Of a DNA stretch of 64,000 nucleotides, positions 42,514-53,435 are shown in pieces (position 1 is the stretch's first letter; the number at the start of each line of letters is the position of its first letter). Under the pieces are notes generated by a model, which saw nothing but the letters and a program-made list of their open reading frames with translations, made no database searches and was not told the DNA's origin. Source of the DNA: Geminicoccaceae bacterium (GTDB lineage: Bacteria > Pseudomonadota > Alphaproteobacteria > Geminicoccales > Geminicoccaceae). Position numbers and translations under genes: made by a program. The stretch spans positions 190,461 to 254,460 of the forward strand of contig JAXMCM010000014.1 of the NCBI GenBank assembly GCA_046349355.1. The letters are read 5' to 3'.

Positions 42514-43485
42514 ATGGGCAAGGTGATCGCCGCCGCGGCGTACCGGGACGGACGCAAGCTGCAGGACATCGAGATCGCGCAGGCCCGCCAGTTCGCCGGC
42601 GAGGACGATGCGTTCGTCTGGATCGGCTTCTACGAGCCCGACGAGGCCGACCTGAAGGCGCTGCAGCGCCAGTTCGGGCTGCACGACCTCGCCATCGAGG
42701 ATGCCCTGAAGGCGCACCAGCGGCCCAAGGTCGAGCTCTACGGCGAGACCGTGTTCATCGCCCTGCGCACGGCCTGGCTCGAGGGCGGCGACATCCGCTT
42801 CGGCGAGACGCACATCTTTGCCGGCCACGGCTACATCATCAGCGTCCGGCACGGACCGTCCGCGTCCTACCTGCCCGTCCGCGAGCGCTGCGAGGCCACC
42901 CCGGCACTGCTTCGCCACGGCGTCGACTACGTGATCTACTCGATCCTCGACTTCGTTGTGGACAACTACGGGCCGGTCATCGAGTCGATCCGCGACGAGG
43001 TCGACGCCATCGAGGACCGGATCATGGCGCGGACCCTCGACCAGCGAGACGTCCGCCGCATCTACCAGCTTCGCCGCGAGCTGCTGCGCCTGCGCCTCAC
43101 CGTGGCGCCCACGGCCGAGGTCTGCCAGCGGCTGCAGAGCCGCGACCTGCCCTCGATCGACCCGGAGCTGCGGCCCTACTTCCGCGACGTCTCCGACCAT
43201 GTCCATCGCGTCGCCGAGATGGTCGACGCCGTGCGCGAGGTGCTGGCCTTCGCCTTCGAGGCCAGCCTGCTGCTCGAGTCCAGCCGGCAGAGCGAGATCA
43301 CGCGGCGCCTCGCCGGCTGGGCCGCCATCCTCGCCGTGCCCACCGCGATCGCCGGCATCTACGGCATGAACTTCGAGTTCATGCCCGAGCTGCACTGGCG
43401 CTACGGCTACTTCGCCGTGATCGGCGTGGTGGTGGCGACCTGCGTCATCCTCTACTGGCGCTTCCGCAAGGCCGGCTGGATCTGA
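42514..43485 (+). CDS. corA: CorA family magnesium/cobalt transporter
   Basis: 323 aa. C-terminal two TM with the YGMNFEFMPEL (GMN) signature. Confidence 0.9.
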   Translation: MGKVIAAAAYRDGRKLQDIEIAQARQFAGEDDAFVWIGFYEPDEADLKALQRQFGLHDLAIEDALKAHQRPKVELYGETVFIALRTAWLEGGDIRFGETHIFAGHGYIISVRHGPSASYLPVRERCEATPALLRHGVDYVIYSILDFVVDNYGPVIESIRDEVDAIEDRIMARTLDQRDVRRIYQLRRELLRLRLTVAPTAEVCQRLQSRDLPSIDPELRPYFRDVSDHVHRVAEMVDAVREVLAFAFEASLLLESSRQSEITRRLAGWAAILAVPTAIAGIYGMNFEFMPELHWRYGYFAVIGVVVATCVILYWRFRKAGWI

Positions 43486-43492
43486 GGTCCCG

Positions 43493-44008
43493 ATGAAGCG
43501 CCACAGCGCTGACCGCACCTACGCCTACGAGACGAAAACCATCGCCACGGCCGACCGGCTGCATCGCTCCGGCCTCGAGGTGATGCGGGCCATCCGCGAC
43601 GGCGAGCTGCCGATGGCGGCGATCGCGCAGACCCTCGACTTCCGGCTGGTCGAGGTCGAGCACGGGATGGTCGCCTTCGAAGCCGAGCCGCAGCGCTTCG
43701 CCTACAACATGCTGGGCGCCATGCACGGCGGCTGGAGCGCCACCCTGCTCGACAGCGCCATGGGCTGCGCCGTGCACAGTGCCATGAAGCCGGGCGTCGG
43801 CTACACGACCATCGACCTGACCATCAACTACGTCCGGCCGGTGACCACCGCCACCGGGACGGTCCGCGCCGAGGGCAAGGTCCTCCATGCCGGTCGCCGG
43901 ATTGCAACAGCCGAGGGCCGCATTGTCGGCCCGGACGGCAAGCTGCTGGCGCACGGCCTCACCACCTGCATGATCTTTGCGCTGGAGGGTGGCGCCGACG
44001 CCGCGTGA
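43493..44008 (+). CDS. PaaI family (hotdog fold) thioesterase
   Basis: 171 aa: NMLGAMHGGWSATLLDSAMGCAV ... TIDLTINYVRP ... GRRIATAEGRI. Confidence 0.75.
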   Translation: MKRHSADRTYAYETKTIATADRLHRSGLEVMRAIRDGELPMAAIAQTLDFRLVEVEHGMVAFEAEPQRFAYNMLGAMHGGWSATLLDSAMGCAVHSAMKPGVGYTTIDLTINYVRPVTTATGTVRAEGKVLHAGRRIATAEGRIVGPDGKLLAHGLTTCMIFALEGGADAA

Positions 44009-44062
44009 CGGGAGGCCCCCGGCGCCCTAGATCATCGGCAGGACGACAGGACGGAGACAGCT

Positions 44063-45040
44063 TTGGCGGAGAGCCAGGACTGGGAGATCCCGACCCAGGC
44101 GCAGCCCAAGGCCGGCGATCTCGCCTTCGATCTCGACCGGACCCTCGAATCGGTCGTGACGCTGCGTGCGGAAGTACCCGAGGACGCGTTCACCGCGGCG
44201 GCGCTGGGCACGCAACGCCTCGGCAATGCCGTGCTGATCCGCGACAGCGGCCTGCTGCTGACCATCGGCTACCTCGTCACCGAGGCCGAACGGATCTGGC
44301 TGTCCACCGGCAAGACGGCGGTCCAGGGCACCGTGGTCGCCTACGACTTCGCCACCGGCTTCGGCCTCGTCCAGGCCTTGGGCCGGCTCGGCGTCCCGGC
44401 CATCCCGCTCGGGTCCTCGTCGAGCCTGCGCGTCGGCGATCCGCTCGTGGTCGCCGGGCATGGCGGCCGCAGCGGGGCCCTGAGCGCCCGCCTCGTCAGC
44501 CGCCGCGAGTTTGCCGGCTACTGGGAGTACCTGCTCGACGAGGCGCTGTTCACGACGCCGGCGCACCCGCACTGGGGCGGTGCGGCCTGCATCGACCGCG
44601 ACGGCAAGCTGGTCGGCATCGGCTCGCTGCTCGTCCAGGAGGCGTCGATCGCCGGCCAGCAGACGCCCGGCAACATGATCGTCCCGATCGACCTGCTGCC
44701 GCCGATCCTCCCCGACCTCGAACGCTTCGGCCGCGCCAACCGGCCGCCGCGCCCCTGGCTTGGCGTCTACGTCGCGGAAGGTCCCGGCGGCGAGATCGTC
44801 GTCACCGGGCTTGCCGCCAACGGGCCGGCCGCCCAGGCCGGGCTGCGTCCGGCCGACGTCATCGTCGAGATCGATGGCCTGCCGGTCGGTGGCCTCGCCG
44901 ATCTCTATCGGCAGCTGTGGTCGGCCGGCGAAGCCGGCGTCGGCGTCGGACTCGCCATCCTGCGCGACGGCAACCGGCGCACGGTCACGGTTCGCACGAC
45001 GACCCGGGAATCGATGCTGCGGCGGCCGCGCAGCCACTGA
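44063..45040 (+). CDS. Trypsin-like (HtrA/S1C-type) fold plus PDZ protein, apparently lacking the catalytic triad; no signal peptide
   Basis: 325 aa. TTG start after GGAGA. Protease-fold blocks LLLTIGYLV, ATGFGLVQA, HWGGAACIDRDGKLVGIGS. PDZ block VVTGLAANGPAAQAGLRPADVIVEIDG. Confidence 0.7.
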   Translation: MAESQDWEIPTQAQPKAGDLAFDLDRTLESVVTLRAEVPEDAFTAAALGTQRLGNAVLIRDSGLLLTIGYLVTEAERIWLSTGKTAVQGTVVAYDFATGFGLVQALGRLGVPAIPLGSSSSLRVGDPLVVAGHGGRSGALSARLVSRREFAGYWEYLLDEALFTTPAHPHWGGAACIDRDGKLVGIGSLLVQEASIAGQQTPGNMIVPIDLLPPILPDLERFGRANRPPRPWLGVYVAEGPGGEIVVTGLAANGPAAQAGLRPADVIVEIDGLPVGGLADLYRQLWSAGEAGVGVGLAILRDGNRRTVTVRTTTRESMLRRPRSH

Positions 45041-45050
45041 GGCGCCGCCG

Positions 45051-45563
45051 TCAGTCGAGATCGCGCGGGCGCAGGAAGAGGACCAGCTCGCCGCCGCCCG
45101 GTGCCACGTCCGCCCAGCGCTCGGCTGCGAACCGGAACACGGCCAGCGCCCCGGTCGGGTACTTGGCCGCCACTGCGGCGACATCCTCCGCGGCACCCTT
45201 GCCGATCAGCGCGTTGGCAAGCTCGTGCATCCCGGGATCATGCCCGACCAGCATGAGCCGCTGCACGTCCTTCTGCCGATGGACGATCTCCAGCATCGTC
45301 CGTGGCGAGGCGAGGTAGAGCGTCGCCAGCAACTTGAGGGCCGGCGGGCGTTCCAGCTCGGCGACCGCCAACTCCCAGGTCCGCCGCGCCCGCACCGCGC
45401 TCGAGCAGAGGACGAGGTCCGGCACCAGCCTGCGGCGCCGGATCTCGCCGCCCATCGCCGCCGCGGCCTTGATCCCGCGCGGCGCAAGGTCGCGATCGCG
45501 GTCGGCAAGCTCGGGCCGGCCCCAGTCGGACTTGGCGTGACGCAGCAGCTGCAGCTCGAGCAT
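45051..45563 (-). CDS. Histidine phosphatase family protein (SixA-like)
   Basis: Start MLELQLLRHAKSDW at ATG 45563; about 170 aa. RHA...R...CS.A.RA..T and VGHDPG motifs. Confidence 0.75.
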   Translation of the reverse strand: MLELQLLRHAKSDWGRPELADRDRDLAPRGIKAAAAMGGEIRRRRLVPDLVLCSSAVRARRTWELAVAELERPPALKLLATLYLASPRTMLEIVHRQKDVQRLMLVGHDPGMHELANALIGKGAAEDVAAVAAKYPTGALAVFRFAAERWADVAPGGGELVLFLRPRDLD

Positions 45564-45697
45564 CGGGACCGTCCCTGCCGGCACGGGCGGCCTCGGATGA
45601 CATGGCGAGCCCGTCCCGGTAACATCGTTGCAGCAATCCTGCTGCAAGTCGGGCGCGCCCGGAAGCGGATCGGGCGACCCGGACGTCGGGGACGGAG

Positions 45698-47905
45698 ATG
45701 ACGGACGACAGGACGGACGAGGGCGTGCTGGTTCGCGATACCGCGGCCGTGCGCGACGACGCCCGTCCGGCCGAGGTGCCGGCGGTCAAGATCGGCCCGG
45801 AGCACTTCATCAACCGCGAGCTGTCGTGGCTGGCCTTCAACGAGCGCGTGCTCGAGGAGGCCTTCAACGATCAGCACCCGATCCTCGAGCGGCTCCGCTT
45901 CCTCTCGATCTCGGCGAACAACCTCGACGAGTTCTACATGGTCCGCGTTGCCGGCCTGCGCGCGCTGGTCAACGCCGGGGTCAACACGCTCAGCATCGAC
46001 GGCATGACGCCGCGCCAGCAGCTCATGGCGATCAACGAGCGCGCCTTCCGGCTGATGCGCGACCAGATGCGCTGCTGGCACGAGCTCAGCCCGATCCTGC
46101 GCGGCAGCGGCATCGAGCTCCTCCAGGTCGACGAGCTCGAGGAAGACGAGGTCGACTGGCTGCGCCACTACTTCATGGACGAGGCGCTGGCGGTCCTCAC
46201 CCCGATCGCCATCGACCCGTCGCACCCGTTCCCGTTCATTCCCAATTGCGGCATGGGCATCGCCGTCGAGCTGGACCGGCCGCAGGCCGAGCCGCTGGTC
46301 GGCATCGTGCTGCTGCCCGCCAAGCTCGACCGCTTCATCCGCATTCCCGGTCCGCAGTACCGCCTCGTCCGCATGGAGCAGGTGATCTACCGCTTCCTCG
46401 ACGTCCTGTTCCCGGGCTTCGAGCCGCGCGGCTTCGGCTACTTCCGGGTGATCCGCGACAGCGACATCGAGGTCGAGGAGGAGGCCGAGGATCTCGTCCA
46501 GCTGTTCGAGACCCTGCTCAAGCGCCGCCGGCGCGGCAGCGTCATCCGGCTGACGACCGATTCCGGCATGCCGGAGTCGCTCCGCGCGGTGCTGGCCGAC
46601 CATCTCTACGTCGCCCGCAGCGACGTCCTCGACCTCGACGGCATCCTCGGCCTCGCCGACGCCTCGCAGGTCATCACCAAGGAGCGGCCGGAGCTGCTCT
46701 TCCCGCCCTTCGCGCCACGCTTTCCGGAGCGGATCAAGGACTTCGGCGGCGACTGCTTCGCCGCGATCCGGCAGAAGGACTTCGTCGTCCACCACCCCTA
46801 CGAGAGCTTCGACGTCGTCGTGCAGTTCCTGCTGCAGGCGGCGCGCGACCCGGCGGTGGTGGCGATCAAGCAGACGCTCTACCGGACCAGTGAGAACTCG
46901 CCGATCGTGGCGGCGCTGATCGAGGCCGCCGAGGCCGGCAAGTCGGTGACCGCGCTGGTCGAGCTGAAGGCGCGGTTCGACGAGGAGAAGAACATCCGCT
47001 GGGCCCGCAACCTCGAGCGGGCCGGCGTGCAGGTCGTCTACGGCTTCATCGCGCTGAAGACCCACGCCAAGGTGTCGATGGTCGTGCGCCGCGAGCCCCA
47101 GGGGCTGCGCTCCTACGTCCATTTCGGCACCGGCAACTATCACCCGGTCACCGCCAAGGTCTACACCGACCTCTCCTTCTTCACCTGCGATCCGGCGCTG
47201 GCGCACGACGCCGCCAAGGCCTTCAACTTCATGACCGGCTACGCCACGCCGACCGGCCTCGAGAAGCTGGCGCTGGCCCCGGTCAACCTGCGCGAGACCC
47301 TGGTCGCCAACATCGAGGCCGAGATCGTCCACGCCCGCGAGGGGCGCAAGGCGGCGATCTGGGCCAAGCTCAACGCGCTGGTCGACGAGCAGATCATCCA
47401 GCTGCTCTACAAGGCCTCGCAAGCCGGGGTGAAGATCGACCTCGTCGTGCGCGGCATCTGCTGCCTGAAGCCCGGCCTGCCGGGGCTGTCGGAGAACATC
47501 CGGGTCAAGAGCATCGTCGGCCGCTTCCTCGAGCACGCCCGCATCATGTGCTTCGGCGCCGGCCACGGCCTGCCGTCGAAGCGCGCCCGCGTCTTCATCT
47601 CGTCGGCCGACTGGATGCAGCGCAACCTCAGCCGGCGGGTCGAGACGCTGGTGCCGATCGAGAACGAGACCGTCCACCAGCAGATCATGTCGCAGGTGAT
47701 GGTGGCGAACCTGAAGGACGTCGCCAGCAGCTGGCTGCTGCAGGCCGACGGCACCTACCGGCGCCTGCCGCACGACGAGAAGTCGTTCTCCGCCCACTCC
47801 TACTTCATGACCAATCCGAGCCTTTCCGGACGCGGCAGCGCCCTGCGCCGGCGCGGTGCCGCCGCGCGTCTGCCGACCGTCCCGATCGACAACGGCGCCG
47901 AGTGA
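45698..47905 (+). CDS. ppk1: Polyphosphate kinase 1
   Basis: 735 aa: [34 protein letters not shown], two HKD-like C-terminal domains ([23 protein letters not shown]). Confidence 0.95.
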   Translation: MTDDRTDEGVLVRDTAAVRDDARPAEVPAVKIGPEHFINRELSWLAFNERVLEEAFNDQHPILERLRFLSISANNLDEFYMVRVAGLRALVNAGVNTLSIDGMTPRQQLMAINERAFRLMRDQMRCWHELSPILRGSGIELLQVDELEEDEVDWLRHYFMDEALAVLTPIAIDPSHPFPFIPNCGMGIAVELDRPQAEPLVGIVLLPAKLDRFIRIPGPQYRLVRMEQVIYRFLDVLFPGFEPRGFGYFRVIRDSDIEVEEEAEDLVQLFETLLKRRRRGSVIRLTTDSGMPESLRAVLADHLYVARSDVLDLDGILGLADASQVITKERPELLFPPFAPRFPERIKDFGGDCFAAIRQKDFVVHHPYESFDVVVQFLLQAARDPAVVAIKQTLYRTSENSPIVAALIEAAEAGKSVTALVELKARFDEEKNIRWARNLERAGVQVVYGFIALKTHAKVSMVVRREPQGLRSYVHFGTGNYHPVTAKVYTDLSFFTCDPALAHDAAKAFNFMTGYATPTGLEKLALAPVNLRETLVANIEAEIVHAREGRKAAIWAKLNALVDEQIIQLLYKASQAGVKIDLVVRGICCLKPGLPGLSENIRVKSIVGRFLEHARIMCFGAGHGLPSKRARVFISSADWMQRNLSRRVETLVPIENETVHQQIMSQVMVANLKDVASSWLLQADGTYRRLPHDEKSFSAHSYFMTNPSLSGRGSALRRRGAAARLPTVPIDNGAE

Positions 47906-49407
47906 GCCGGGCCTCCCGGAGCACCCGGCCGCCGCCGGCCGGCGGGCACGTCGCGGTCATCGACATCGGCTCCAACTCGATCCGCCTCGTCGTCTACGAC
48001 CGCCTGTGCCGGTCCCCGGTCCCGCGCTTCAACGAGAAGGCGCTTTGCGGCCTCGGCCGCGGCCTCGAGTCCGACGGCACCCTCGACGCCACGGCCAGGG
48101 AGCAGGCGGCGCTGGCGCTGCGGCGCTTCGTCCGCCTCGCCGACGCCATGGACGTGCGCAGCCTGCACATCGTCGCCACCGAGGCGGTGCGGCGCGCTTC
48201 CGACGGACCGGCGTTCCTGGTGGCGCTCGAGCGGCAGCTCGGCCGCTCGATCGCCGTGCTGTCCGGCGACGACGAGGCGAGGCTGTCGGCGCTGGGCGTT
48301 GCCGGCGGCTTCTGGCAGCCCGACGGCATCGTCGCCGACCTCGGCGGCGGCAGCCTCGAGTTCGCCGAGATCGGCCATGGCGGGTTGGCCGAGCGACGCA
48401 TCAGCCTGCCGCTCGGGACCCTGCGCCTGCCGCCCAACCCCGGCGCCGCCGCGGCGCGCCATATCGAGGCAGTGCTCGACACGGCGCCATGGCTGCGCGG
48501 TGCCGCGCGCGGCCGGGCGTTCTACGTCGTCGGTGGCGGCTGGCGGGCTCTGGCGCGCATCCACCTCGCCGTCAGCGCCGCCCCGCTCGGCATCGTCCAC
48601 GGCCACACGCTCGACCGCGACCAGGCGCTGGAGTTCTCCGGCCGCATCGCCCGGACGGAGCGCAAGGACCTCGCCGAGATGCCGGGGGTGCCGCGCCGCC
48701 GCCTGGAGACGCTGCCGGCCGCCGCCCTCCTCTTCCGGCTGACCGTCGAGCGCCTCGAGCCCGCGACCGTGACGTTCTCGGCCCTCGGCCTGCGCGAAGG
48801 GGTGCTGTTCGCCGGAATGGACGCCCGTGCCCGCGCTGAAGACCCGCTGCTGGCCGGGGCCGAGGCGCTGGGCAAGGCGCAGAACCGCTCGCCGGACATC
48901 GGTCCGGCGCTGCTCCGCTGGATCGCGCCGCTTCCGGGCGGCGACGATCCCCGGCTCGCCCGGCTCCGCGCCGCTGCCTGCCACGTCTCGGACATGGCGT
49001 GGCTCGAGACCCCGGGCTCGCGCGCCCGCGATGCGTTCTTCAACCTCGCCCACTATCCCTTCCTCGGCGTCAGCCATGCCGAACGGGCCTATGTCGCGCA
49101 CGCCGTCTTCAGCCGCTACGACGGCGATCCCGAGGACAGGGCCGTGCGCCAGGTCTCGGCGCTGCTGACGCCCGCCGACCGGCGCGACGCCGAGCAGCTG
49201 GGGCGCCTCCTGCAGCTGGCCTACCGCGTCAGCGGCGGTGTCCCGACGCTGCTCGACGAGGCCCGCCTCAGCATCCGCAGCGACGGGGTCCGGCTCGAGC
49301 TGGCCGACCGCGCGCTCGCGCCCGAGCCGGAGGCCGTGGCCTCGCGGCTGCGCCAGCTGGCGCGGAGCCTGGGCATCGCCGCGTCCGATCTCGTCCTGCC
49401 CGCCTGA
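47902..49407 (+). CDS. ppx: Exopolyphosphatase (Ppx/GppA family)
   Basis: GTG 47902 in a GTGA overlap with the ppk1 stop; about 501 aa. [24 protein letters not shown]. Confidence 0.9.
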   Translation: MSRASRSTRPPPAGGHVAVIDIGSNSIRLVVYDRLCRSPVPRFNEKALCGLGRGLESDGTLDATAREQAALALRRFVRLADAMDVRSLHIVATEAVRRASDGPAFLVALERQLGRSIAVLSGDDEARLSALGVAGGFWQPDGIVADLGGGSLEFAEIGHGGLAERRISLPLGTLRLPPNPGAAAARHIEAVLDTAPWLRGAARGRAFYVVGGGWRALARIHLAVSAAPLGIVHGHTLDRDQALEFSGRIARTERKDLAEMPGVPRRRLETLPAAALLFRLTVERLEPATVTFSALGLREGVLFAGMDARARAEDPLLAGAEALGKAQNRSPDIGPALLRWIAPLPGGDDPRLARLRAAACHVSDMAWLETPGSRARDAFFNLAHYPFLGVSHAERAYVAHAVFSRYDGDPEDRAVRQVSALLTPADRRDAEQLGRLLQLAYRVSGGVPTLLDEARLSIRSDGVRLELADRALAPEPEAVASRLRQLARSLGIAASDLVLPA

Positions 49408-49422
49408 ACCCGCGGAGACCCG

Positions 49423-49818
49423 ATGCCGAGCCGCTTCGCCACTGTCCGCCAGGCCGCCGCACCGGACACCTACGCGCCGGACGGTTCGGAAATCCGCTTC
49501 CTTGGCCAGGTCGCCGCCGGCAGCATGGTGCATTGCCGCCTGCCGCCCGGCGGCTGCTCCTCGCCGGTACGGCACCGCACCGTCGAGGAGGTGTGGTACG
49601 TGCTGGCCGGCGCCGGCGAGCTGTGGCGCCGCCAGGACGGCCACGAGGAAATCGTGCCGCTGCGGCCGGGCGTCTCGGCAACCATTCCCCTCGGTACCGA
49701 CTTCCAGTTCCGTGCCACCGCCGCGGACGGGCTGGACCTGGTCATCGTCACCATGCCGCCATGGCCCGGCGCGGACGAGGCGGTACCGGCGTCGGGCCAC
49801 TGGCCGGTGCCCGGCTGA
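49423..49818 (+). CDS. Cupin domain protein
   Basis: 131 aa: HRTVEEVWYVLAGAGELW ... IPLGTDFQFRA. GGAGA RBS. Confidence 0.65.
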   Translation: MPSRFATVRQAAAPDTYAPDGSEIRFLGQVAAGSMVHCRLPPGGCSSPVRHRTVEEVWYVLAGAGELWRRQDGHEEIVPLRPGVSATIPLGTDFQFRATAADGLDLVIVTMPPWPGADEAVPASGHWPVPG

Positions 49819-49935
49819 GGTCCACCACCGGCCGCGGCTTGCCGTGCAGCGGCCAGCGTCTATGCTCCGCCGCACTTCGTCGAGGCGCACCCGAGCATTG
49901 TCCGTTCCAGCCCCAACGCCGCCGGTCCGACGCTG

Positions 49936-51678
49936 ATGGAGCGCTCGGCGATCGACTTTCCGCCCCGGGAGACGAGCCGGTCGCGCCCGGCGCGGCGCCG
50001 GCACGAGGCACTCGACGCGCTGCTGGTCCTCCTTCTCGCCCTCGCCGTGCGCATCGCCGCATGGCCGTGGGCCGCCAACGACTCGATCGACCATACCTTC
50101 CGCGTCTGGATCGCCTGGCGCTGGGCCGAGGACCCCTTCCCGCTGACCTACGGCGTCTGGGGCCCGCTGCACTTCGTGATGATGGGACCGCTGATCCGCC
50201 TGTTCGGCGACCCGATCGTCACGCCGGTGGTGCTGCACATCGTGCTCGGCGCGCTGATCGCGCCGCTGGTCTACCTGTTCGCCCGGCGCGAGTTCGAATC
50301 GCCCGACGGGGCGCTGATGGCCGGCGTCGCCTTCGCGCTCTACCCCGTGGCCGTGCTCAACAGCCTCTCGGTCCGGGCCGAGACGCCGTTCACCCTGTTC
50401 CTCGCCCTCGCGATCCTCGCCCTGGCACGGGCGCGCGCCCGCGACCTCTACCGCTGGCCCATCCTCGCCGGCCTGCTGCTGACGCTGGCCTCGGGTATCC
50501 GCTACGAGGGGTGGATGCTCACCCCGTTGCTGGCGCTGGTGTTGTGGCCGCGCTGGCGCAAGATGGTCGCCTTCCTCGCCGCCGCCTCGCTGGTGCCGCT
50601 GGTCTGGATGCTGAGCAACCAGCTGATCTATGGCGATCCGATCTGGGGCATCACCTGGGCGGCGACGCACGAGCTCCAGGGCATGGGCAAGGCCGGCCTC
50701 GACCTGCAGGACCGGGTCGGCCAGTTCGTCACCTTCATGCTCCGCACGGTGGGCGGGCTGACCCTGCCGCTGGCCGTCCTCGCCGCCGCCGGCGCGGTGC
50801 TGACGGTGCTGCGCCGGCAGCAGCAGGTCGTCTGGCTGGTCCCGGCCATTGGCCTGGCCGTCCTGCTGTTCGCGGCCGCGGCGCGGGGCGCCCTCGTTCC
50901 GAAGCTGAACTATACCGAGACATTCGGCCTGCTCGCGGTGCCGTTCGTGGCGGCGCTGATGCCGGCATCGGGTTCGCTCCCGGCCGTGCGGACCGGTGTT
51001 GCGGCGCTCTACGGGCTCGTCGTCGTTGTCATGGCCGCCCTGCTCGTCGTCGGCTCCCTGCGCGACGTGCCGGGCTTGCGCGAGCGCAGCGCCATCCTCG
51101 CCCGGATCCCGGCGGTGAATCCGGTGCCGATGCGCCCGGCTCGGGCCGAACTCGACCGTCTGGTCGCGGCCATCGCACCGATCGTCGCGTCGCCGAAGGC
51201 CGGCTTCGTCAGCGATACCTTCGGCTTCGCCGACATGGGCTACGTCGCGCTGGAGAGCCGCGTTCATCCGACGCGGTTCTACTTTCCCCCGGACACCCCG
51301 ATCGCCGATCTCGACGCGCGCCCGGCCGATGCCGACATCCCGTTGCGCTATCGCTCGTTTCCGCTGATCGGCAACATCCCGGGCGAGCTCGACCAGTACT
51401 TCCGCCGGTATCCGGAGGGCGTGCTGCTGCTGCAGCCCGGCTCGCGCTTTGCCGCCTGGCTGGACTACCGGGCGCCCGGCTCCGCCCGCCTGCGTGACGT
51501 CCTGCTGCATCTCGACCCGATCGTCTCGGTGTCATGGCCGAAACCCGATGATCCGCGGCTGCTCGGGCCCGGCGAGCGCCCCGGCGGCTGGGGCCAGCTG
51601 ATCGCCTTCCGCTATGCCGTCGTCGATCCTGCCGGCCGGGGCATCGCCCGGTGGCGCGACCCGACCCTCGGCTCTTGA
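49936..51678 (+). CDS. GT-C fold membrane glycosyltransferase, ArnT/PMT (family 39/83)-like, paralogue 1
   Basis: 580 aa with about 10 or more hydrophobic segments. First-loop acidic motif NDSIDH, ALYPVAVLNSLSVRAETPF, RYEGWML, LVPKLNYTET. Soluble C-terminal domain of about 170 aa. Confidence 0.7.
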   Translation: MERSAIDFPPRETSRSRPARRRHEALDALLVLLLALAVRIAAWPWAANDSIDHTFRVWIAWRWAEDPFPLTYGVWGPLHFVMMGPLIRLFGDPIVTPVVLHIVLGALIAPLVYLFARREFESPDGALMAGVAFALYPVAVLNSLSVRAETPFTLFLALAILALARARARDLYRWPILAGLLLTLASGIRYEGWMLTPLLALVLWPRWRKMVAFLAAASLVPLVWMLSNQLIYGDPIWGITWAATHELQGMGKAGLDLQDRVGQFVTFMLRTVGGLTLPLAVLAAAGAVLTVLRRQQQVVWLVPAIGLAVLLFAAAARGALVPKLNYTETFGLLAVPFVAALMPASGSLPAVRTGVAALYGLVVVVMAALLVVGSLRDVPGLRERSAILARIPAVNPVPMRPARAELDRLVAAIAPIVASPKAGFVSDTFGFADMGYVALESRVHPTRFYFPPDTPIADLDARPADADIPLRYRSFPLIGNIPGELDQYFRRYPEGVLLLQPGSRFAAWLDYRAPGSARLRDVLLHLDPIVSVSWPKPDDPRLLGPGERPGGWGQLIAFRYAVVDPAGRGIARWRDPTLGS

Positions 51679-53315
51679 ACAATCCGCCTCCCGCCGACGC
51701 CACAGGGCCGCGGACGGGCCTCGTCATCGGCGGCCTTGTGCTGCTGGCCCTCGCCGTCCGGATCGCCGGGCTGCCGCTCGCCGCGCACGATTCGATCGAC
51801 CACGCCCTGCGGGTCTGGATCGCCTGGCGCTGGTCCGAGCAACCCTTCCTGCTGACACAGGGCGTCTGGCCGCCGCTCCACATGATGCTGATGGGCCTGC
51901 TGCTCCGGCTCGGCGCGGACCCGGCTACCGTGCCGACCTGGCTGCATGTCGGTCTGGGCTCCCTGCTGCCGCCGGCCGTCTACCTCCTCGCCCGGCAGGT
52001 GTTCTCCTCGAGCCGGGGCGCCATTGCCGCCGGGGTCGCCTGTGCGCTCTATCCGGTGGCGATCCTCAACAGCCTGAGCGTGCGGTCGGAGACGCCGTTC
52101 GCCCTGCTCCTGGTCCTGTCACTGCTCGCCGTCGCCAAGGCGCGCGGTACCGGCAGTCTCGGCTGGGCCCTTGCCGGCGGGCTGGCGCTCACCGTGGCGG
52201 CCGGCTTCCGCTACGAGGCCTGGATGCTGCTGCCGCTGGTTGCGGTCCTGCTCTGGCCGCATCGCCGCGCGATCGCCGCCTTCGTCGGCGCCGGCCTCGT
52301 GGTTCCGGCGATCTCGATGGTGAGCAATGCCGTCGTCCTCGGCGAGCCGCTGCTGGGCTTCACCTGGGCCGCCGAGCATGAGCTCGAGAAGATGGGCAAG
52401 GCTGACCTGCCGCTCGCCGCCAAGCTCGGCCAGCTGGTCGACTTCACCGCGCGGCTGGCCGGCGGCCTGACCCCGCTGCTGGTGCTGGGCATCGCCGCCG
52501 GCGTCCTCCTGCTCCTCGCGCGCCGCGACCGCCGCCTCCTCTGGCTGGTTCCGCCCCTCGGCCTCTATCTGCTGCTTTCCGCCGGAGCCCTGCGCGGCGC
52601 GCTCGTGCCCAAGGTCAACTACACCGAGACACTGGGCGTCCTGCTGCTGCCCTTCCTCGCCGCGTTTCTCGGCGATCCCGCCCTCGACCGGCGGCTCCGG
52701 CTCCGCGTTGCCCTGCAGGCCGCACTGTTCGCTTCGATGACGGCACTCCTGGTCGTCGGCACCCTTCGCGACGTTCCCGGCATGCGCGAGCGATCGCGGC
52801 TGGTGGCGACCATTCCGGCGATCAGTCCCGTGCCGATCCTGGCGGAGCGCGCGGCACTCGACCACCTGGCAGGGCTCATCGCCGCCGAACCCGCCGGCTC
52901 GGGCCTGATCCTCGACTTCTTCGGCTTCGCCGACAGCGGCTATCTGGCGCTCAACACCCGCCTCCACCGCGATGCGATCTATGCGGCGCCAGGCGCACCC
53001 AATGCCCGACTGCAGCCGCGGACGGCCGGCGGGCGCCTCGACCATCGGGACTTCCCGCTGTCCGGCAACTGGCCCGCCCGCCTCGATGACTTCGTTGCCC
53101 GGTATCCCCGGGGGCTCCTGCTGGTGCTGGAAGGATCGCGCTTCCAGGCCTGGCTGGAGACGCCCGATGCGGGGCTGCCGCCACTGCAGATGGAGATGGT
53201 CGAAGGCGTACCCTGGCCGTTGCCGGGCGATCCCAAGCTCCTTGCCCCCGGCGCCAGCCCTGGAAGCCCGTCCCGGCTCTTGCTCCTGCGCTACAGCGCG
53301 CCGCCCGAACGCTGA
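51651..53315 (+). CDS. GT-C fold membrane glycosyltransferase, ArnT/PMT-like, paralogue 2
   Basis: 554 aa: [42 protein letters not shown]. The start is either GTG 51651 or TTG 51675, the latter in a TTGA overlap with the paralogue 1 stop. Confidence 0.7.
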   Translation: MARPDPRLLNNPPPADATGPRTGLVIGGLVLLALAVRIAGLPLAAHDSIDHALRVWIAWRWSEQPFLLTQGVWPPLHMMLMGLLLRLGADPATVPTWLHVGLGSLLPPAVYLLARQVFSSSRGAIAAGVACALYPVAILNSLSVRSETPFALLLVLSLLAVAKARGTGSLGWALAGGLALTVAAGFRYEAWMLLPLVAVLLWPHRRAIAAFVGAGLVVPAISMVSNAVVLGEPLLGFTWAAEHELEKMGKADLPLAAKLGQLVDFTARLAGGLTPLLVLGIAAGVLLLLARRDRRLLWLVPPLGLYLLLSAGALRGALVPKVNYTETLGVLLLPFLAAFLGDPALDRRLRLRVALQAALFASMTALLVVGTLRDVPGMRERSRLVATIPAISPVPILAERAALDHLAGLIAAEPAGSGLILDFFGFADSGYLALNTRLHRDAIYAAPGAPNARLQPRTAGGRLDHRDFPLSGNWPARLDDFVARYPRGLLLVLEGSRFQAWLETPDAGLPPLQMEMVEGVPWPLPGDPKLLAPGASPGSPSRLLLLRYSAPPER

Positions 53316-53435
53316 GCGGGGCATCGCGGCGTCTGGCAGGAGACGGCACGCTGCCGTATGTCGCCCGTGGCCTCTCAGTCGGGCGAACGCAGGCTCCCTG
53401 CGCCGCAGCCGCCCAAAGGAAGACCAAGCTCGAGC

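Noticed and set aside
45206-51510. 863-aa and 1236-aa minus-strand ORFs (45206..47797 and 47800..51510)
   Set aside because: They run antisense to ppk1, ppx, the cupin gene and GT-C paralogue 1. Composition is Arg/Gly/Ala-rich and low in information. This is the same GC artefact.
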